Shown here piece by piece: positions 1 through 10,676 of a DNA stretch of 64,000 nucleotides. A program made the translations under genes and the position numbers. Source of the stretch: Candidatus Poribacteria bacterium (GTDB taxonomy: Bacteria > Poribacteria > WGA-4E > WGA-3G); assembly GCA_963663765.2 (NCBI GenBank), contig CAXXUA010000008.1:1-64000 (forward strand). The letters are read 5' to 3'. A model generated the notes under the pieces. It did not search any database, was not told where the DNA came from, and saw only the letters and a list, made by a program, of their open reading frames with translations. How positions within the stretch are numbered: position 1 is the stretch's first letter; each line of letters opens with the position of its first letter.

Positions 1-535
1 AGAGGACGCTGGGTTTGAAATACGTGATCTGTTGGCGTGGAGATACGAAGGACAAGCAAAAGCATTCAAACAGGATCATTTTGTCCGAAAACGAAATCTG
101 CCTACAGATGAAAAAGAGAGAATAATCAAGGCTTTAGGTGGCAGAAAAACGCCACAACTCAAGCCACAGATGGAAGTTATTATTTTAGCACAAGCTCCAC
201 GGGAAGGAACATTTGTAGACAATTGGATGCAACACCAGACAGGACTCATTGATGTTTCAGAACCGGTTCTTGAAAATGACCGATTCCCTGGTACTGTCAT
301 CCCTGTGCCTAAACCGCGTGAGAAATTTGGTCACATCGCTGCCAAACCCGTGCCTTTGCTGCGACACCTCATCCGGATCTTCTCTGCTGAAGGTTCTGTT
401 GTATGTGATCCTTTTGCTGGATCGGGTTCTACTGGGGTCGCTGCCCGAAAAGAAGGTCGAAACTTTATCGGGTTCGAGATTGACAGCGAAATGGCAGCTA
501 AAGCAGAAAAACGTATTGAAGTCGGCACGCATTAA
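1..535 (+). CDS. Site-specific DNA methyltransferase (N6/N4 class), 5'-truncated by window edge
   Basis: Frame is open from base 2 (EDAGFEIRDLLAW...). C-terminal H-x-x-x-KP (HIAAKPV) and SAM-binding motif DPFAGSGST, plus GRNFIGFEID. Confidence 0.85.
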   Translation, partial: EDAGFEIRDLLAWRYEGQAKAFKQDHFVRKRNLPTDEKERIIKALGGRKTPQLKPQMEVIILAQAPREGTFVDNWMQHQTGLIDVSEPVLENDRFPGTVIPVPKPREKFGHIAAKPVPLLRHLIRIFSAEGSVVCDPFAGSGSTGVAARKEGRNFIGFEIDSEMAAKAEKRIEVGTH

Positions 536-603
536 TAAAAAATACTAATATGAAGCACAAATTTACTGTGTTTGGCATTTCAATAAAAAAGGAGTGAAGT
601 ATA

Positions 604-1254
604 GTGGAACAAGCTACCACTTTAGAACATACAGAAGACGTATACGAACCTTCGCTTACACCGGATAGCCTCGGCAAACTTGGCATGTGGGTATTCCTCA
701 TCGGGGATACTATGTCGTTTGGTGCATTGCTGGCAGCTTATGCAGCAATCCGCGTAGGTGCAGGCGCAATCGGTTGGGTCCCACCCAGCGAGATACTTGG
801 AATTAACCTGACTGCGGGTATGACGTTCCTATTAATTTGCAGTAGTGTTACAATGGTTAAAGCACTTGAATCTATCCAAAAAGGCAATGTATCTCGGATG
901 TGCACCTTCCTTGGTTTAACTATCTTAGGGGGTGTCATATTTCTTGGATTACAGGTGTATGAATGGACACATCTGATAAAACATGGATTAACACTCACAG
1001 AAATTCCCCATGAAGGTCTGTCTGGTGCCGCAATTAGCGGTTCAAAACTCTTTGGTCCAATGTTCTATGCAATCACAGGATTTCACGGATTACATGTAAC
1101 AGGCGGTGTGATTTACCTTGCTGTTATATTGATACATGGCTTACGGGGAAGATATACAGCAGAATTTAACCATGAAGTAGAAATTGTTGGTTTATATTGG
1201 CACTTTGTTGACCTCATCTGGATTATGGTTTTCACTTTCATCTATCTACTGTAG
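604..1254 (+). CDS. ctaE: Cytochrome c oxidase subunit III
   Basis: KLGMWVFL, FYAITGFHGLHV and GLYWHFVDLIW are COX3 signatures; RBS AAGGAG upstream of the GTG start. Confidence 0.93.
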   Translation: MEQATTLEHTEDVYEPSLTPDSLGKLGMWVFLIGDTMSFGALLAAYAAIRVGAGAIGWVPPSEILGINLTAGMTFLLICSSVTMVKALESIQKGNVSRMCTFLGLTILGGVIFLGLQVYEWTHLIKHGLTLTEIPHEGLSGAAISGSKLFGPMFYAITGFHGLHVTGGVIYLAVILIHGLRGRYTAEFNHEVEIVGLYWHFVDLIWIMVFTFIYLL

Positions 1255-1260
1255 GAGGGT

Positions 1261-1605
1261 ATGAATATGGCTCAAAACGAACACAATGAACATCCAAAAT
1301 ATATGTACATTTTCATGTGGCTTGCTATCATGACTGCTATTGAAGTTGGTGTAGCAATTCCTGAATATTCTATTGTCCTCAAAGCTATCCTACTCATCGG
1401 TTTGGCATGCGGTAAAGCGTTCTTGGTTGCTGCCTATTTTATGCACCTGAAGCTTGAGAAACGCACTTTAGCAGTTATTGTGATTACTCCGTTTCTTATC
1501 TGTGTCTTCCTTGTCATTATGTTAATGCCTGATCTGACTACAGACTCACGACTTGATGAAGTTGCTAAGCCTGCTGCAGAGGTCGCTGATACCAATGACC
1601 AGTAA
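1261..1605 (+). CDS. ctaF: Cytochrome c oxidase subunit IV (prokaryotic COX4_pro family)
   Basis: Three TM helices; KAFLVAAYFMHLKLE motif; directly follows subunit III. Confidence 0.85.
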   Translation: MNMAQNEHNEHPKYMYIFMWLAIMTAIEVGVAIPEYSIVLKAILLIGLACGKAFLVAAYFMHLKLEKRTLAVIVITPFLICVFLVIMLMPDLTTDSRLDEVAKPAAEVADTNDQ

Positions 1606-1644
1606 ATATCGGAAAATGCTATCAATTTCAGGGGCAACATATAT

Positions 1645-2280
1645 ATGGAGAATCAGCAAGGCAACCTCAACGAGGATGAACGAAAACTTGACAAGAAAAC
1701 AATACCCTGGATAGTGTTGGGACTAATTGTTATCGGGATTTCTGTACTCAATCTTTGGTCAGTTTTCAATGACAAACAAGAGGCTACGGAAAATAACGAT
1801 CCAATCAACGTGCCTGATTTTGCTCTCACGAATCAGAAAGAACAAACGGTTGAATTACCTGACTTGAAAGGTAAAATCTGGATCGCAGATTTTATATTTA
1901 CGCGCTGTCCGACAATCTGTCCTATAATGACAGAGGAAATGGCAAAACTACAATCGGAATTCAGTGCGGATCCAGTCTATTTCGTTTCCTTCACAGTTGA
2001 CCCTGAACGAGACACGCCAGATGTCCTGATGCGTTATGCCGCGCAATATGGAGCAGACCAAGAAAGGTGGCATTTCCTAACAGGTGATAAAGAACAGATA
2101 TACAAATTAGCTAACAAAGGATTTAAATTGGCTGCAGCAGATCATGGGGGCGGATTTCCCCATAGTTCAAGGTTTGCACTCGTAACATCAGATGGATACA
2201 TTCATGACTACTACGATAGTCGTAGCAAACCTATGATGAACAATTTACGTAAGGATGTCAAAGCACTCCTTAAAAAATGA
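1645..2280 (+). CDS. sco: SCO1/SenC family copper chaperone
   Basis: FIFTRCPTICP (CxxxC), TVDPERDTP, conserved His in FPHSSRF; N-terminal TM anchor. Confidence 0.93.
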   Translation: MENQQGNLNEDERKLDKKTIPWIVLGLIVIGISVLNLWSVFNDKQEATENNDPINVPDFALTNQKEQTVELPDLKGKIWIADFIFTRCPTICPIMTEEMAKLQSEFSADPVYFVSFTVDPERDTPDVLMRYAAQYGADQERWHFLTGDKEQIYKLANKGFKLAAADHGGGFPHSSRFALVTSDGYIHDYYDSRSKPMMNNLRKDVKALLKK

Positions 2281-2549
2281 AGGATATCAATCTTTTAATT
2301 TCCATTGCAGCGTTTGTAGTTCATTTTCCTTTTGGTTTTTTTCGCGTAAGTTATAAAAAATTCAGTCGTCCTTGGAGCAGATGTCTATACATACCGATTG
2401 TGCTCAATATTGTTGTTAGACGTTTTGTTCTCCACTGGCAATGGCAAACAGCAATGATATACTTATGGCCAGCGGTCCTACTTGCACATATCCTTGGAGG
2501 CGTTATCGGTTCTCGCGACAAACCTTATAATGACACGAAAACAGAGTAA
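2277..2549 (+). CDS. Small membrane protein, hypothetical
   Basis: ATGA overlap with sco; three hydrophobic segments. Confidence 0.65.
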   Translation: MKDINLLISIAAFVVHFPFGFFRVSYKKFSRPWSRCLYIPIVLNIVVRRFVLHWQWQTAMIYLWPAVLLAHILGGVIGSRDKPYNDTKTE

Positions 2550-2585
2550 ATACCTTCTATTGAACGACAATGAGTAAAAAGAATT

Positions 2586-4502
2586 ATGAAAAAAATATAC
2601 GTTCCGGTAGATAATTCAGACTATTCGGATGCCAGTATTGACTTAGCTGTTGCGTTTGCGAAGCAATTTGATTCGCAGTTAATCGGATCGCATGTTTATG
2701 CTGCGAAAATGCACGATGTCCGCTTTAAGCAGATGGAATATACACTGCCAGAAGAATATCAAGACGAAGTTGAACTTGAAAAACAGCGCCGCATTCACGA
2801 TACACTCATTACAATGGGGCTCCAACTCATCTCAGATTCCTATCTTGAAGTGATGAAACAGAAATGCGAGAAGTTTAATATTCCGTTTGAACCAAAAATG
2901 CCCGAAGGCAAACACTACATCAAACTGGTAGAAGACATTCAAGAAAGCGAATACGATTTGGTGATCATGGGGGCGCTCGGTATGGGTGCAGTCAAGGATA
3001 GCCTCATCGGTGGTGTGTGTGAACGCGTGATACGACGTATTTCCACGGATACACTCGTCGTTCGAAACCTTGAACCTATTAAAGAACAATCCGGTAATAT
3101 CCTCGTCGGTATTGACGGAAGCCCTGAGTCTTTCTCAGGATTGAAAACCGCAATACGTCTTGGGCAAAAATTCAACAGACAAGTGGAAGCTGTCGGTGTT
3201 TACGACCCCTATCTACATTATATCGTGTTCAATTCCGTTGTGAATGTGCTAACAGAACGTGCCGCAAGAACATTCAGATTCAAAGAACAGGAGCAGCTAC
3301 ACGAGGAAGTAATTGATACGGGTCTTGCCAAAATATATCAGTCACATCTTGAAGTCGCCCGTTCTATCGCTAAAGAGGAACATGACTACCAACTAAAAAT
3401 CACTCTCCTTGATGGCAAAGCATACGAAAAAATCCTACAATACACACGTAAAACTGATCCGTGGCTTCTTGTTGTAGGTAAAATCGGTGTACATAATGAG
3501 CAAGATTCAGACATCGGTAGTACAGCTGAAAACCTACTACGACTTGCACCGTGCAACGTTCTACTTACAAGTCAACGTTACTTTCCCCAAATTGATGTGA
3601 AGGCAGAGGAAATTCTCGTTTGGACACAAGAGGCGATGGACAGAATGGAGAAAGCGCCACCATTGGTGCGCGGCATCGCAAAAACTGCTGTGCACCGCTT
3701 TGCTATAGAACGTGGACATTCCGTAATTACCGAAAGTGTGATTGACAAAGCGATGGAAGCCATAATGCCACAGCGCGCATCCGAAAAACTGACGCGTGTC
3801 GCGAAAGAGATAGCGGAGCAGAAGGTCTTAGAAGCAGGTGCTGTTCAAACTTACATCTGTGGAGAATGTGGCTATGCAGCACATGATCATCAACCTGTCA
3901 AATGTCCTGTCTGTAGTTCTCCACCCGAACGTTTCCAGATGGTTGATAAAGATTCACTTGAACACATCGCTATTGATGAAGGTGGGACAGCAGAAGAAGA
4001 AACATTTGATGGTGTCCGTTTGCAATGGTCTGAACAATCAAAGAAAGCACTACGCACAGTGCCGCGCGGCTATATGCGACGTAATGTGAAAGCACGAATT
4101 GAAAAATCTGCCCGGTCCCAAAAAATCAACACTATTACAAATGAATTTGCTATGCAAATCATTGATGACAGCATGGGAGAAGCAGCAGCTGTCCGTGAAG
4201 ATGCGCCTGAACTCAAAGCCATGCAAACGCAATCCGAAGCAAATAGCACTGAAATCAACGTTGACTTTGAAAGTGCCTTACAATGGGTAGATGATGCAGT
4301 GGAAAGGTTGAGTTTAGTCCCTGCAGGATTTATGAGAAAAATTACGCAAACACGCATTGAACAACGTGCACAGGAAGCAGGTATTTCACAGGTCACACTT
4401 GACTTCGCAGCACGTGTCATAGAAGATGGCAGAAGTCTTGCAAATGAAGTATTAGGTGAGTACTATCAACAATCAAGTAATGGGAAGAATCAAGAAAACT
4501 AA
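2586..4502 (+). CDS. Tandem universal stress protein fused to three PCP_red-like domains and a rubredoxin-like CxxC/CxxC module
   Basis: Two USP domains (KKIYVPVDNS..., NILVGIDGS...), CGECG...CPVC, and three W-x3-A-x2-R-x3-P-x2-R helical repeats. Confidence 0.85.
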   Translation: MKKIYVPVDNSDYSDASIDLAVAFAKQFDSQLIGSHVYAAKMHDVRFKQMEYTLPEEYQDEVELEKQRRIHDTLITMGLQLISDSYLEVMKQKCEKFNIPFEPKMPEGKHYIKLVEDIQESEYDLVIMGALGMGAVKDSLIGGVCERVIRRISTDTLVVRNLEPIKEQSGNILVGIDGSPESFSGLKTAIRLGQKFNRQVEAVGVYDPYLHYIVFNSVVNVLTERAARTFRFKEQEQLHEEVIDTGLAKIYQSHLEVARSIAKEEHDYQLKITLLDGKAYEKILQYTRKTDPWLLVVGKIGVHNEQDSDIGSTAENLLRLAPCNVLLTSQRYFPQIDVKAEEILVWTQEAMDRMEKAPPLVRGIAKTAVHRFAIERGHSVITESVIDKAMEAIMPQRASEKLTRVAKEIAEQKVLEAGAVQTYICGECGYAAHDHQPVKCPVCSSPPERFQMVDKDSLEHIAIDEGGTAEEETFDGVRLQWSEQSKKALRTVPRGYMRRNVKARIEKSARSQKINTITNEFAMQIIDDSMGEAAAVREDAPELKAMQTQSEANSTEINVDFESALQWVDDAVERLSLVPAGFMRKITQTRIEQRAQEAGISQVTLDFAARVIEDGRSLANEVLGEYYQQSSNGKNQEN

Positions 4503-4851
4503 AACAGAATTAAGATATGGCAGTGATTCCGACTATTACGTTTCAAATACTCGGTCAAAATGAATGAGCAGCGGAAGGTTCAACACAAGGTTTATGGTTT
4601 AAGTTAAAGTCACATCCACCACCGACAGAGGATCTTGTCGTAGGTTTGAACGTCCTCTCGTCTAACAGAGAGGTTAAACAATCCGAAGTAATTATGAATC
4701 TGCAGCATGAAACTCATTCTGCAGACTTTTTTTATAAGACAGTTCTCGGTGAACTTGATGTATGGATAGAAATTCAACCATATCTTTCTCTCACTGAAAT
4801 CAAGTTCCCGATTTTTGCAAACGAAGGTAATGTCATAGAAACTGGATATAA

Positions 4852-6642
4852 TACCATTTTCATGTGATAATGTCTCATTATCAGCGGAAATCTGGTAGGA
4901 GTGACCTCACGGTCGCGACCGGGAGGTCGCTCCTACCGAAGAGAGTAACATCCAACAAATAACAGTAGAATTCCTTAATGAGACAAGATTTATTAGAATT
5001 GGTATAATGCCATTTTCATGTGATAATGTCTCATTAGCAGCGGAAATCTGGTAGGAGTGACCTCACGGTCGCGACCGGGAGGTCACTCCTACCGAAGAGA
5101 GTAACATCCAACAAGTAAACAGTAGAATTCCTTAATGAGACAAGATTTATTAGAATTGGTATAATACCATTTTCATGTGATAATGTCTCATTATCAGCGG
5201 AAATCTGGTAGGAGTGACCTCACGGTCGCGACCGGGAGGTCGCTCCTACCGAAGAGAGTAACATCCAACAAATAACAGTAGAATTCCTTAATGAGACAAG
5301 ATTTATTAGAATTGGTATAATGCCATTTCCATGTGATAATGTCTCATTAGCATCGGAGATCTGGTAGGAGTGACCTCACGGTCGCGACCGGGAGGTCGCT
5401 CCTACCGAAGAGAGTAACATCCAACAAATAACAGTAGAATTCCTTAATGAGACAAGATTTATTAGAATTGGTATAATGCCATTTCCATGTGATAATGTCT
5501 CATTAGCATCGGAGATCTGGTAGGAGTGACCTCACGGTCGCGACCGGGAGGTCGCTCCTACCGAAGAGAGTAACATCCAACAAATAACAGTAGAATTCCT
5601 TAATGAGACAAGATTTATTAGAATTGGTATAATGCCATTTCCATGTGATAATGTCTCATTATCAGCGGAAATCTGGTAGGAGTGACCTCACGGTCGCGAC
5701 CGGGAGGTCGCTCCTACCGAAGAGAGTAACATCCAACAAATAACAGTAGAATTCCTTAATGAGACAAGATTTATTAGAATTGGTATAATGCCATTTCCAT
5801 GTGATAATGTCTCATTAGCATCGGAGATCTGGTAGGAGTGACCTCACGGTCGCGACCGGGAGGTCGCTCCTACCGAAGAGAGTAACATCCAACAAATAAC
5901 AGTAGAATTCCTTAATGAGACAAGATTTATTAGAATTGGTATAATGCCATTTCCATGTGATAATGTCTCATTAGCATCGGAGATCTGGTAGGAGTGACCT
6001 CACGGTCGCGACCGGGAGGTCGCTCCTACCGAAGAGAGTAACATCCAACAAATAACAGTAGAATTCCTTAATGAGACAAGATTTATTAGAATTGGTATAA
6101 TGCCATTTCCATGTGATAATGTCTCATTAGCATCGGAGATCTGGTAGGAGTGACCTCACGGTCGCGACCGGGAGGTCGCTCCTACCGAAGAGAGTAACAT
6201 CCAACAAATAACAGTAGAATTCCTTAATGAGACAAGATTTATTAGAATTGGTATAATACCATTTCCATGTGATAATGTCTCATTAGCATCGGAGATCTGG
6301 TAGGAGTGACCTCACGGTCGCGACCGGGAGGTCGCTCCTACCGAAGAGAGTAACATCCAACAAGTAAACAGTAGAATTCCTTAATGAGACAAGATTTATT
6401 AGAATTACGAGTTGTGCTAAATAACTATATGTTAATCATTGTTTCACATAAACATGACGTTTTGCAGGTGTACTTCATAGTTTGAAACGATCTTCAGTCC
6501 CGTAGGGACGATATGTTTATAGAAAAACGTCATAGTACATCCTCTTTAGTCCCGTAGGGACGATATGTGTGCATTATAAACCTAATATATGTGATAACTA
6601 TAAAAACAATTGGTTAACTGGCACAAGTCGTTAGAATTGGTA
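4852..6642. repeat. Head-to-tail array of 10 copies of a ~153-bp MITE separated by TAA (156-bp period); last copy interrupted by another MITE
   Basis: CCATTT anchors at 4854, 5010, 5167, 5323, 5479, 5635, 5791, 5947, 6103 and 6259; imperfect TACCA... terminal repeats; TAA at both outer flanks; a single copy lies at 60381-60534. Confidence 0.95.
6407..6631. mobile_element. MITE nested in the last array unit
   Basis: TIR ACGAGTTGTGCTA...TGGCACAAGTCGT, flanked by duplicated TAGAATT; internal GTCCCGTAGGGAC REP-like hairpins. Confidence 0.75.
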
Positions 6643-6750
6643 TAAGTTCCTTGAATACAAAGTGGGTAGCTTATCAAAAATAGTTCCATACCAATGGAAT
6701 GGTGATGATAGAGGTTTATGGACAGACGAAAATCATTGAAACGGAGGGAC

Positions 6751-8079
6751 ATGATGAAGAAAAAAGTTTTTAGAAATGCACTAACTGCCATTTTAAGTTT
6801 GGCAACACTTGCTTTTTGTATAACGAGTTGTGCGCAAAATACAGCTGATACAGTGACCGTTCCTACTGCGACATCTTCTAAGAATTGGCATCAGTGGCGC
6901 GGACCAAATAACGATGGTATCAGTTCTGAAACGGATGTACCAGTTCAGTGGACTCAGACTGAAAATGTTCTCTGGAGGCTTCCACTTCCAGGTGAAGCAG
7001 CTTCCACGCCCGTTGTGTGGGGAGAGAAAATCTTCCTAACATCCGCTGAAGAAAGTTCCCTCGTGCTCATGTGTATTAGCACGAAAGGGGAAACATTGTG
7101 GAAACGCACTATGGCACAAGGTAATCGCACTTCCCGCGGTGATGAAGTCAACTTCGCTGCACCGTCACCAACGACTGATGGTAAACATGTTTGGGCGTTT
7201 CTCGGGACAGGTGATCTCGCTTGTTATGATATTGAAGGAAATCCTATCTGGAAGACAAACCTTGAGGAACGTTACGGTCGCTTTAGACTCGGTTTTCTTA
7301 TGTCAATGTCACCGATTCTATATAAAGATAAGCTATACCTTCAACTCATCCATAGCAACGCGTGGTTAGTGCTTGCACTGAACAAAATGACGGGTGAAGA
7401 GGTTTGGAAGCATGACCGCAAAAGTGATGCAAGGAGAGAATGTGAACACGCCTACACTTCCCCAATTCTTTACCGAGATGCAGAACGTGAATTTCTTGTT
7501 GTGCATGGTGCTGACTACGTAACAGCACATCACTTGAAAGATGGTACAGAAATTTGGCGATGTGGTGGCTTAAATCCACAGAATAACTATAATTCCTCGT
7601 TCCGTCTTGTTGCAACACCTGTGGCAACAGCGGGGCTTATTGTGGTGCCTTCTGCAAAGAATGGACCTGTTCTGGGTTTAGACCCGTCTGGAACTGGTGA
7701 TATTACTGACACCAAATGGCAAATTTGGAAACTTGGTAGAGGCACGCCAGACGTACCTTCCCCACTTATCCATGATGGACTCGTTTATCTTTGCAGAGAA
7801 AACGGTGATCTTATCTGTATTGATGCCAAAACAGGTGAAGAACTTTATCGGAAGCGAACACACCGGCACAGACACCGTTCTTCACCTGTCTATGCTGATG
7901 GATACCTATATCTCACAGCTCGAGACGGTGTTGTCACCGTTGTTAAGGCAGGACGCGATTTTGAAATCGTGGCGACCAACTCAATAGGCGAAACTGTTGC
8001 GGCATCCCCGGTTATTGCAGATGGCACACTGTACTTGCGTAGTTATGACGCACTATACGCTATCGGACAGAAAAAGTAA
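6751..8079 (+). CDS. PQQ-like/BamB-type beta-propeller protein, probable lipoprotein
   Basis: WHQWRGP N-terminal motif, repeated SPxxxxGxxY blades, signal peptide with TSC lipobox. RBS GGAGG at 6743 favours a start at 6751. Confidence 0.85.
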   Translation: MMKKKVFRNALTAILSLATLAFCITSCAQNTADTVTVPTATSSKNWHQWRGPNNDGISSETDVPVQWTQTENVLWRLPLPGEAASTPVVWGEKIFLTSAEESSLVLMCISTKGETLWKRTMAQGNRTSRGDEVNFAAPSPTTDGKHVWAFLGTGDLACYDIEGNPIWKTNLEERYGRFRLGFLMSMSPILYKDKLYLQLIHSNAWLVLALNKMTGEEVWKHDRKSDARRECEHAYTSPILYRDAEREFLVVHGADYVTAHHLKDGTEIWRCGGLNPQNNYNSSFRLVATPVATAGLIVVPSAKNGPVLGLDPSGTGDITDTKWQIWKLGRGTPDVPSPLIHDGLVYLCRENGDLICIDAKTGEELYRKRTHRHRHRSSPVYADGYLYLTARDGVVTVVKAGRDFEIVATNSIGETVAASPVIADGTLYLRSYDALYAIGQKK

Positions 8080-8081
8080 AA

Positions 8082-8957
8082 GTGAAAAGTTACAAAGAAC
8101 TCCCGGCTGATGCCGGTTCCAACATTGTGGGACAAGTCACAGCTCAAACCAACCGTGTGATTAAACGACTTGCTTCTGTCCAACGGACGGTCGCGATTAT
8201 GAGTGGGAAAGGCGGGGTTGGTAAGAGTGCTGTTACTGCTAACATCGCTACTGCGCTGACTCTTGCCGGACAAACTGTCGGTATTGTTGACGCTGACATC
8301 AACGGTCCAACGATTGCAAAGATGATGGGTGTGCGCAACGCGACGGTTGAATATGCAGCTACCGGTGTCAAACCAGCAACTACCAAACTCGGCACGAAAG
8401 TCATCTCAATGGATCTGCTGCTAACTGAAGATGATGCACCTGTGTTATGGAACGCACACTCGCAAAAAGATGCTTTCACATGGCGTGCTTCAATGGAGGT
8501 TAGCGCACTACGAGAGTTTATCGGTGATACTGAATGGGGAGAATTGGACTATCTTTTGCTGGACCTGCCACCCGGTTCTGATCGCCTACCGAATGTGGTT
8601 GAACTTATCCCGAATTTGGGTGGTGTGATCGTAGTGACAATTCCCTCTGAAGTCTCACATCTGATTGTCAAAAAATCTGTAACAATGGCAAGGGATATCC
8701 TCAAAGTGCCGATTATCGGGGTTGTTGAAAATATGGCGTTCTATGTGTGCAAACACTGTGGTGAACACGAACAACTTTTCTCCGTTGAAGACACACCCAA
8801 TAACGCATTCCAATTAACAACTCTCGGTAAAATTCCTTTTGATCCAAAATTATCACGTTGTAACGACAACGGCACTCCTTATCTGAATGAATATCCCAAT
8901 TCCTCTGCAAGTAAAGCCATAAGAGAGGTAGCACAAAAGATACAAGAATTCTTTTAG
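8082..8957 (+). CDS. mrp: Mrp/NBP35 (ApbC) P-loop ATPase, Fe-S cluster carrier
   Basis: SGKGGVGKS, DADINGP, DYLLLDLPPG and GVVENMAFYVCKHC motifs. Confidence 0.9.
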   Translation: MKSYKELPADAGSNIVGQVTAQTNRVIKRLASVQRTVAIMSGKGGVGKSAVTANIATALTLAGQTVGIVDADINGPTIAKMMGVRNATVEYAATGVKPATTKLGTKVISMDLLLTEDDAPVLWNAHSQKDAFTWRASMEVSALREFIGDTEWGELDYLLLDLPPGSDRLPNVVELIPNLGGVIVVTIPSEVSHLIVKKSVTMARDILKVPIIGVVENMAFYVCKHCGEHEQLFSVEDTPNNAFQLTTLGKIPFDPKLSRCNDNGTPYLNEYPNSSASKAIREVAQKIQEFF

Positions 8958-8958
8958 A

Positions 8959-9080
8959 CAGGACTTACGCAGTTTTCATGATTTGATGAAGAATTATGAC
9001 GAAAATGGTGTAATTTTCAGCATTTTTTCGGTTTCCAGCGCGCTTACAAAGCACGCCTACCGTTGAGTGCGTAAGTCCTG
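8959..9080. mobile_element. MITE family A (TIR CAGGACTTACGCA)
   Basis: 13-bp TIR. Other copies at 9662-9783, 12721-12842, 22644-22765, 25206-25316, 27382-27650, 58339-58441 and 60104-60304; several show 5-bp TSDs (TCCTT, AACAA, ATTAA, TCAAT, TATAC). Confidence 0.85.
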
Positions 9081-9127
9081 AAGACATAACATGAGACACC
9101 TGTCCACGAAAATATGGAGATTGAACA

Positions 9128-9655
9128 ATGAAATTCTTATGTATAGACTGCGACACTGCAATGAAGTTTAAGGACGTAACCCGTCCTGAACAGGGGTCTG
9201 TTACCGCAGTTTTTGAATGTCCCGAATGTTTTACTGAGATAGCCATGTTTCTAAACCCATCGGAAACGCAGATGCTAAAATCCTTGGACCTGAAACTTGG
9301 CGGCAACAACGCAACAGCACAACCGATGCAAATGGTGCGGTCACAATTAGAGACTGGGAAGCAGGATTTAATGTCAGACAACGTCATAGGAATTGACACT
9401 GGAGATACCGCGGAAGGTGGAAAATGTCCCTTTACCTCAGTCATCTCAGACGCTTTTGAGGAAACATCCGAACCTGCTGAACCAGATGGTCTTAAATGGA
9501 CACCAGAAGCATTGGAACGTCTGGAACGTATCCCAAGTTTTGTGCGTCCGATGGCAAAAATGGGTATTGAGAGTTTTGCTAAAGAGAACGGTCACGCCGA
9601 AATCACTGCTGAAGTAATGGATGCTGCACGTGGAAACTTCCCTGCACAGTTCTAA
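9128..9655 (+). CDS. Zn-ribbon (CxxC...CxxC) protein with C-terminal PCP_red-like domain
   Basis: CIDC...CPEC at the N-terminus; WTPEALERLERIPSFVRPMAKMGIESFAKENGHAEIT at the C-terminus. Confidence 0.8.
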   Translation: MKFLCIDCDTAMKFKDVTRPEQGSVTAVFECPECFTEIAMFLNPSETQMLKSLDLKLGGNNATAQPMQMVRSQLETGKQDLMSDNVIGIDTGDTAEGGKCPFTSVISDAFEETSEPAEPDGLKWTPEALERLERIPSFVRPMAKMGIESFAKENGHAEITAEVMDAARGNFPAQF

Positions 9656-9661
9656 ATCCTT

Positions 9662-9783
9662 CTGGACCTACGCATATTTCTTGATTTAATCAAGAAATAT
9701 GATGTAAACGATGTAAATATCAGCATTTCTATAAGTTTCCAGCGCGCTTACAAAGCACGCCTACCGTTTTTGCGTAAGTCCTG
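9662..9783. mobile_element. MITE family A copy
   Basis: TIRs plus TCCTT target duplication. Confidence 0.85.
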
Positions 9784-9892
9784 TCCTTAAAACACTTGAA
9801 GCCCTTACAATTTTAGACTATAATTTATAGATAAAATGGAAAGAATAAAATCAGAACCTTAGTTCGCGCATCTTATACTAAAGGAGAACATT

Positions 9893-10612
9893 ATGGATAC
9901 TGACATTAAAAAATACAAGATCCCTTTTGTCCCAACAGATGCACTTTATCCTGAAGAGGATGGAAAACCGATGGCAGCAAGCGACTTTCATAGGCGTCAG
10001 TTATTTTGGACATTAGAAGCGCTTGAAGCACATTTCTCACATGACCCATCGGTCTATATCTCTGGTGATATTTTGATGTATTACGTGCAAGGTGTTCCCA
10101 ATAAGTCTATATCACCAGATGTTCTTGTCTCCTTCGGCATAGGAATGAAACTACGTCGAACATATTTGGTTTGGGAAGAGGGGAAAGTGCCAGATTTCGT
10201 GATGGAGTTCAGTAGCAAAAGCACGTATAGGAATGACTTGACAGACAAGATGGATGTTTACACATCCCTTGGAATTCAGAACTATTTCTTATATGATGCA
10301 GAGGGAATGTATTTGCCAACACAACTGATGGGGTTTGAGTTAATTGATGGTGCCTATGAAGAAGTTCAACCAGGTGAGAACGGAGGTATACATGCTTCTT
10401 CTCTGGGTTTAGATTTTCGGATAAAGGATAAGGAAATAGCAATTTTTGATCCTGTTGCAAATGACTGGGTGCGAACATGCACGGAAACTGAGGCGATACG
10501 TGCTGATAGTGCCGAGGCGCGCGCAATACAAGAGGCAAACGCACGGCAGAAAGCGGAAGCGGAAAACGCACAACTCCGAGAAGAGATCGCACGTTTACAA
10601 GCACGCACGTAA
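9893..10612 (+). CDS. Uma2 family putative endonuclease with C-terminal coiled coil
   Basis: YPEEDGKPMA, SPDVLVSFG, PDFVMEFSSKST and YFLYD motifs. Confidence 0.88.
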   Translation: MDTDIKKYKIPFVPTDALYPEEDGKPMAASDFHRRQLFWTLEALEAHFSHDPSVYISGDILMYYVQGVPNKSISPDVLVSFGIGMKLRRTYLVWEEGKVPDFVMEFSSKSTYRNDLTDKMDVYTSLGIQNYFLYDAEGMYLPTQLMGFELIDGAYEEVQPGENGGIHASSLGLDFRIKDKEIAIFDPVANDWVRTCTETEAIRADSAEARAIQEANARQKAEAENAQLREEIARLQART

Positions 10613-10676
10613 TGTCATATAATTGTTGGTAAATAAATGGATACTGCACATGGAACTCCCTGAACAATCATAACGG

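Larger units (their letters stand above)
4517..6739 (+). pseudogene. Hypothetical gene with an in-frame TGA, split by the 156-bp MITE array
   Basis: The ATG at 4517 is in frame with ORF 4646 (one TGA at 4565-4567). Removing the array plus one TAA joins ...ETGY-K-FLEYKVGSLSKIVPYQWNGDDRGLWTDENH* ending at 6739. Confidence 0.6.

Noticed and set aside
4565-4567. Second selenocysteine codon
   Set aside because: No redox motif context, and the gene is independently disrupted by the array.
4852-6642. CRISPR array
   Set aside because: Units are near-identical over their whole length, with no unique spacers and no cas genes; the unit equals a solo MITE at 60381.
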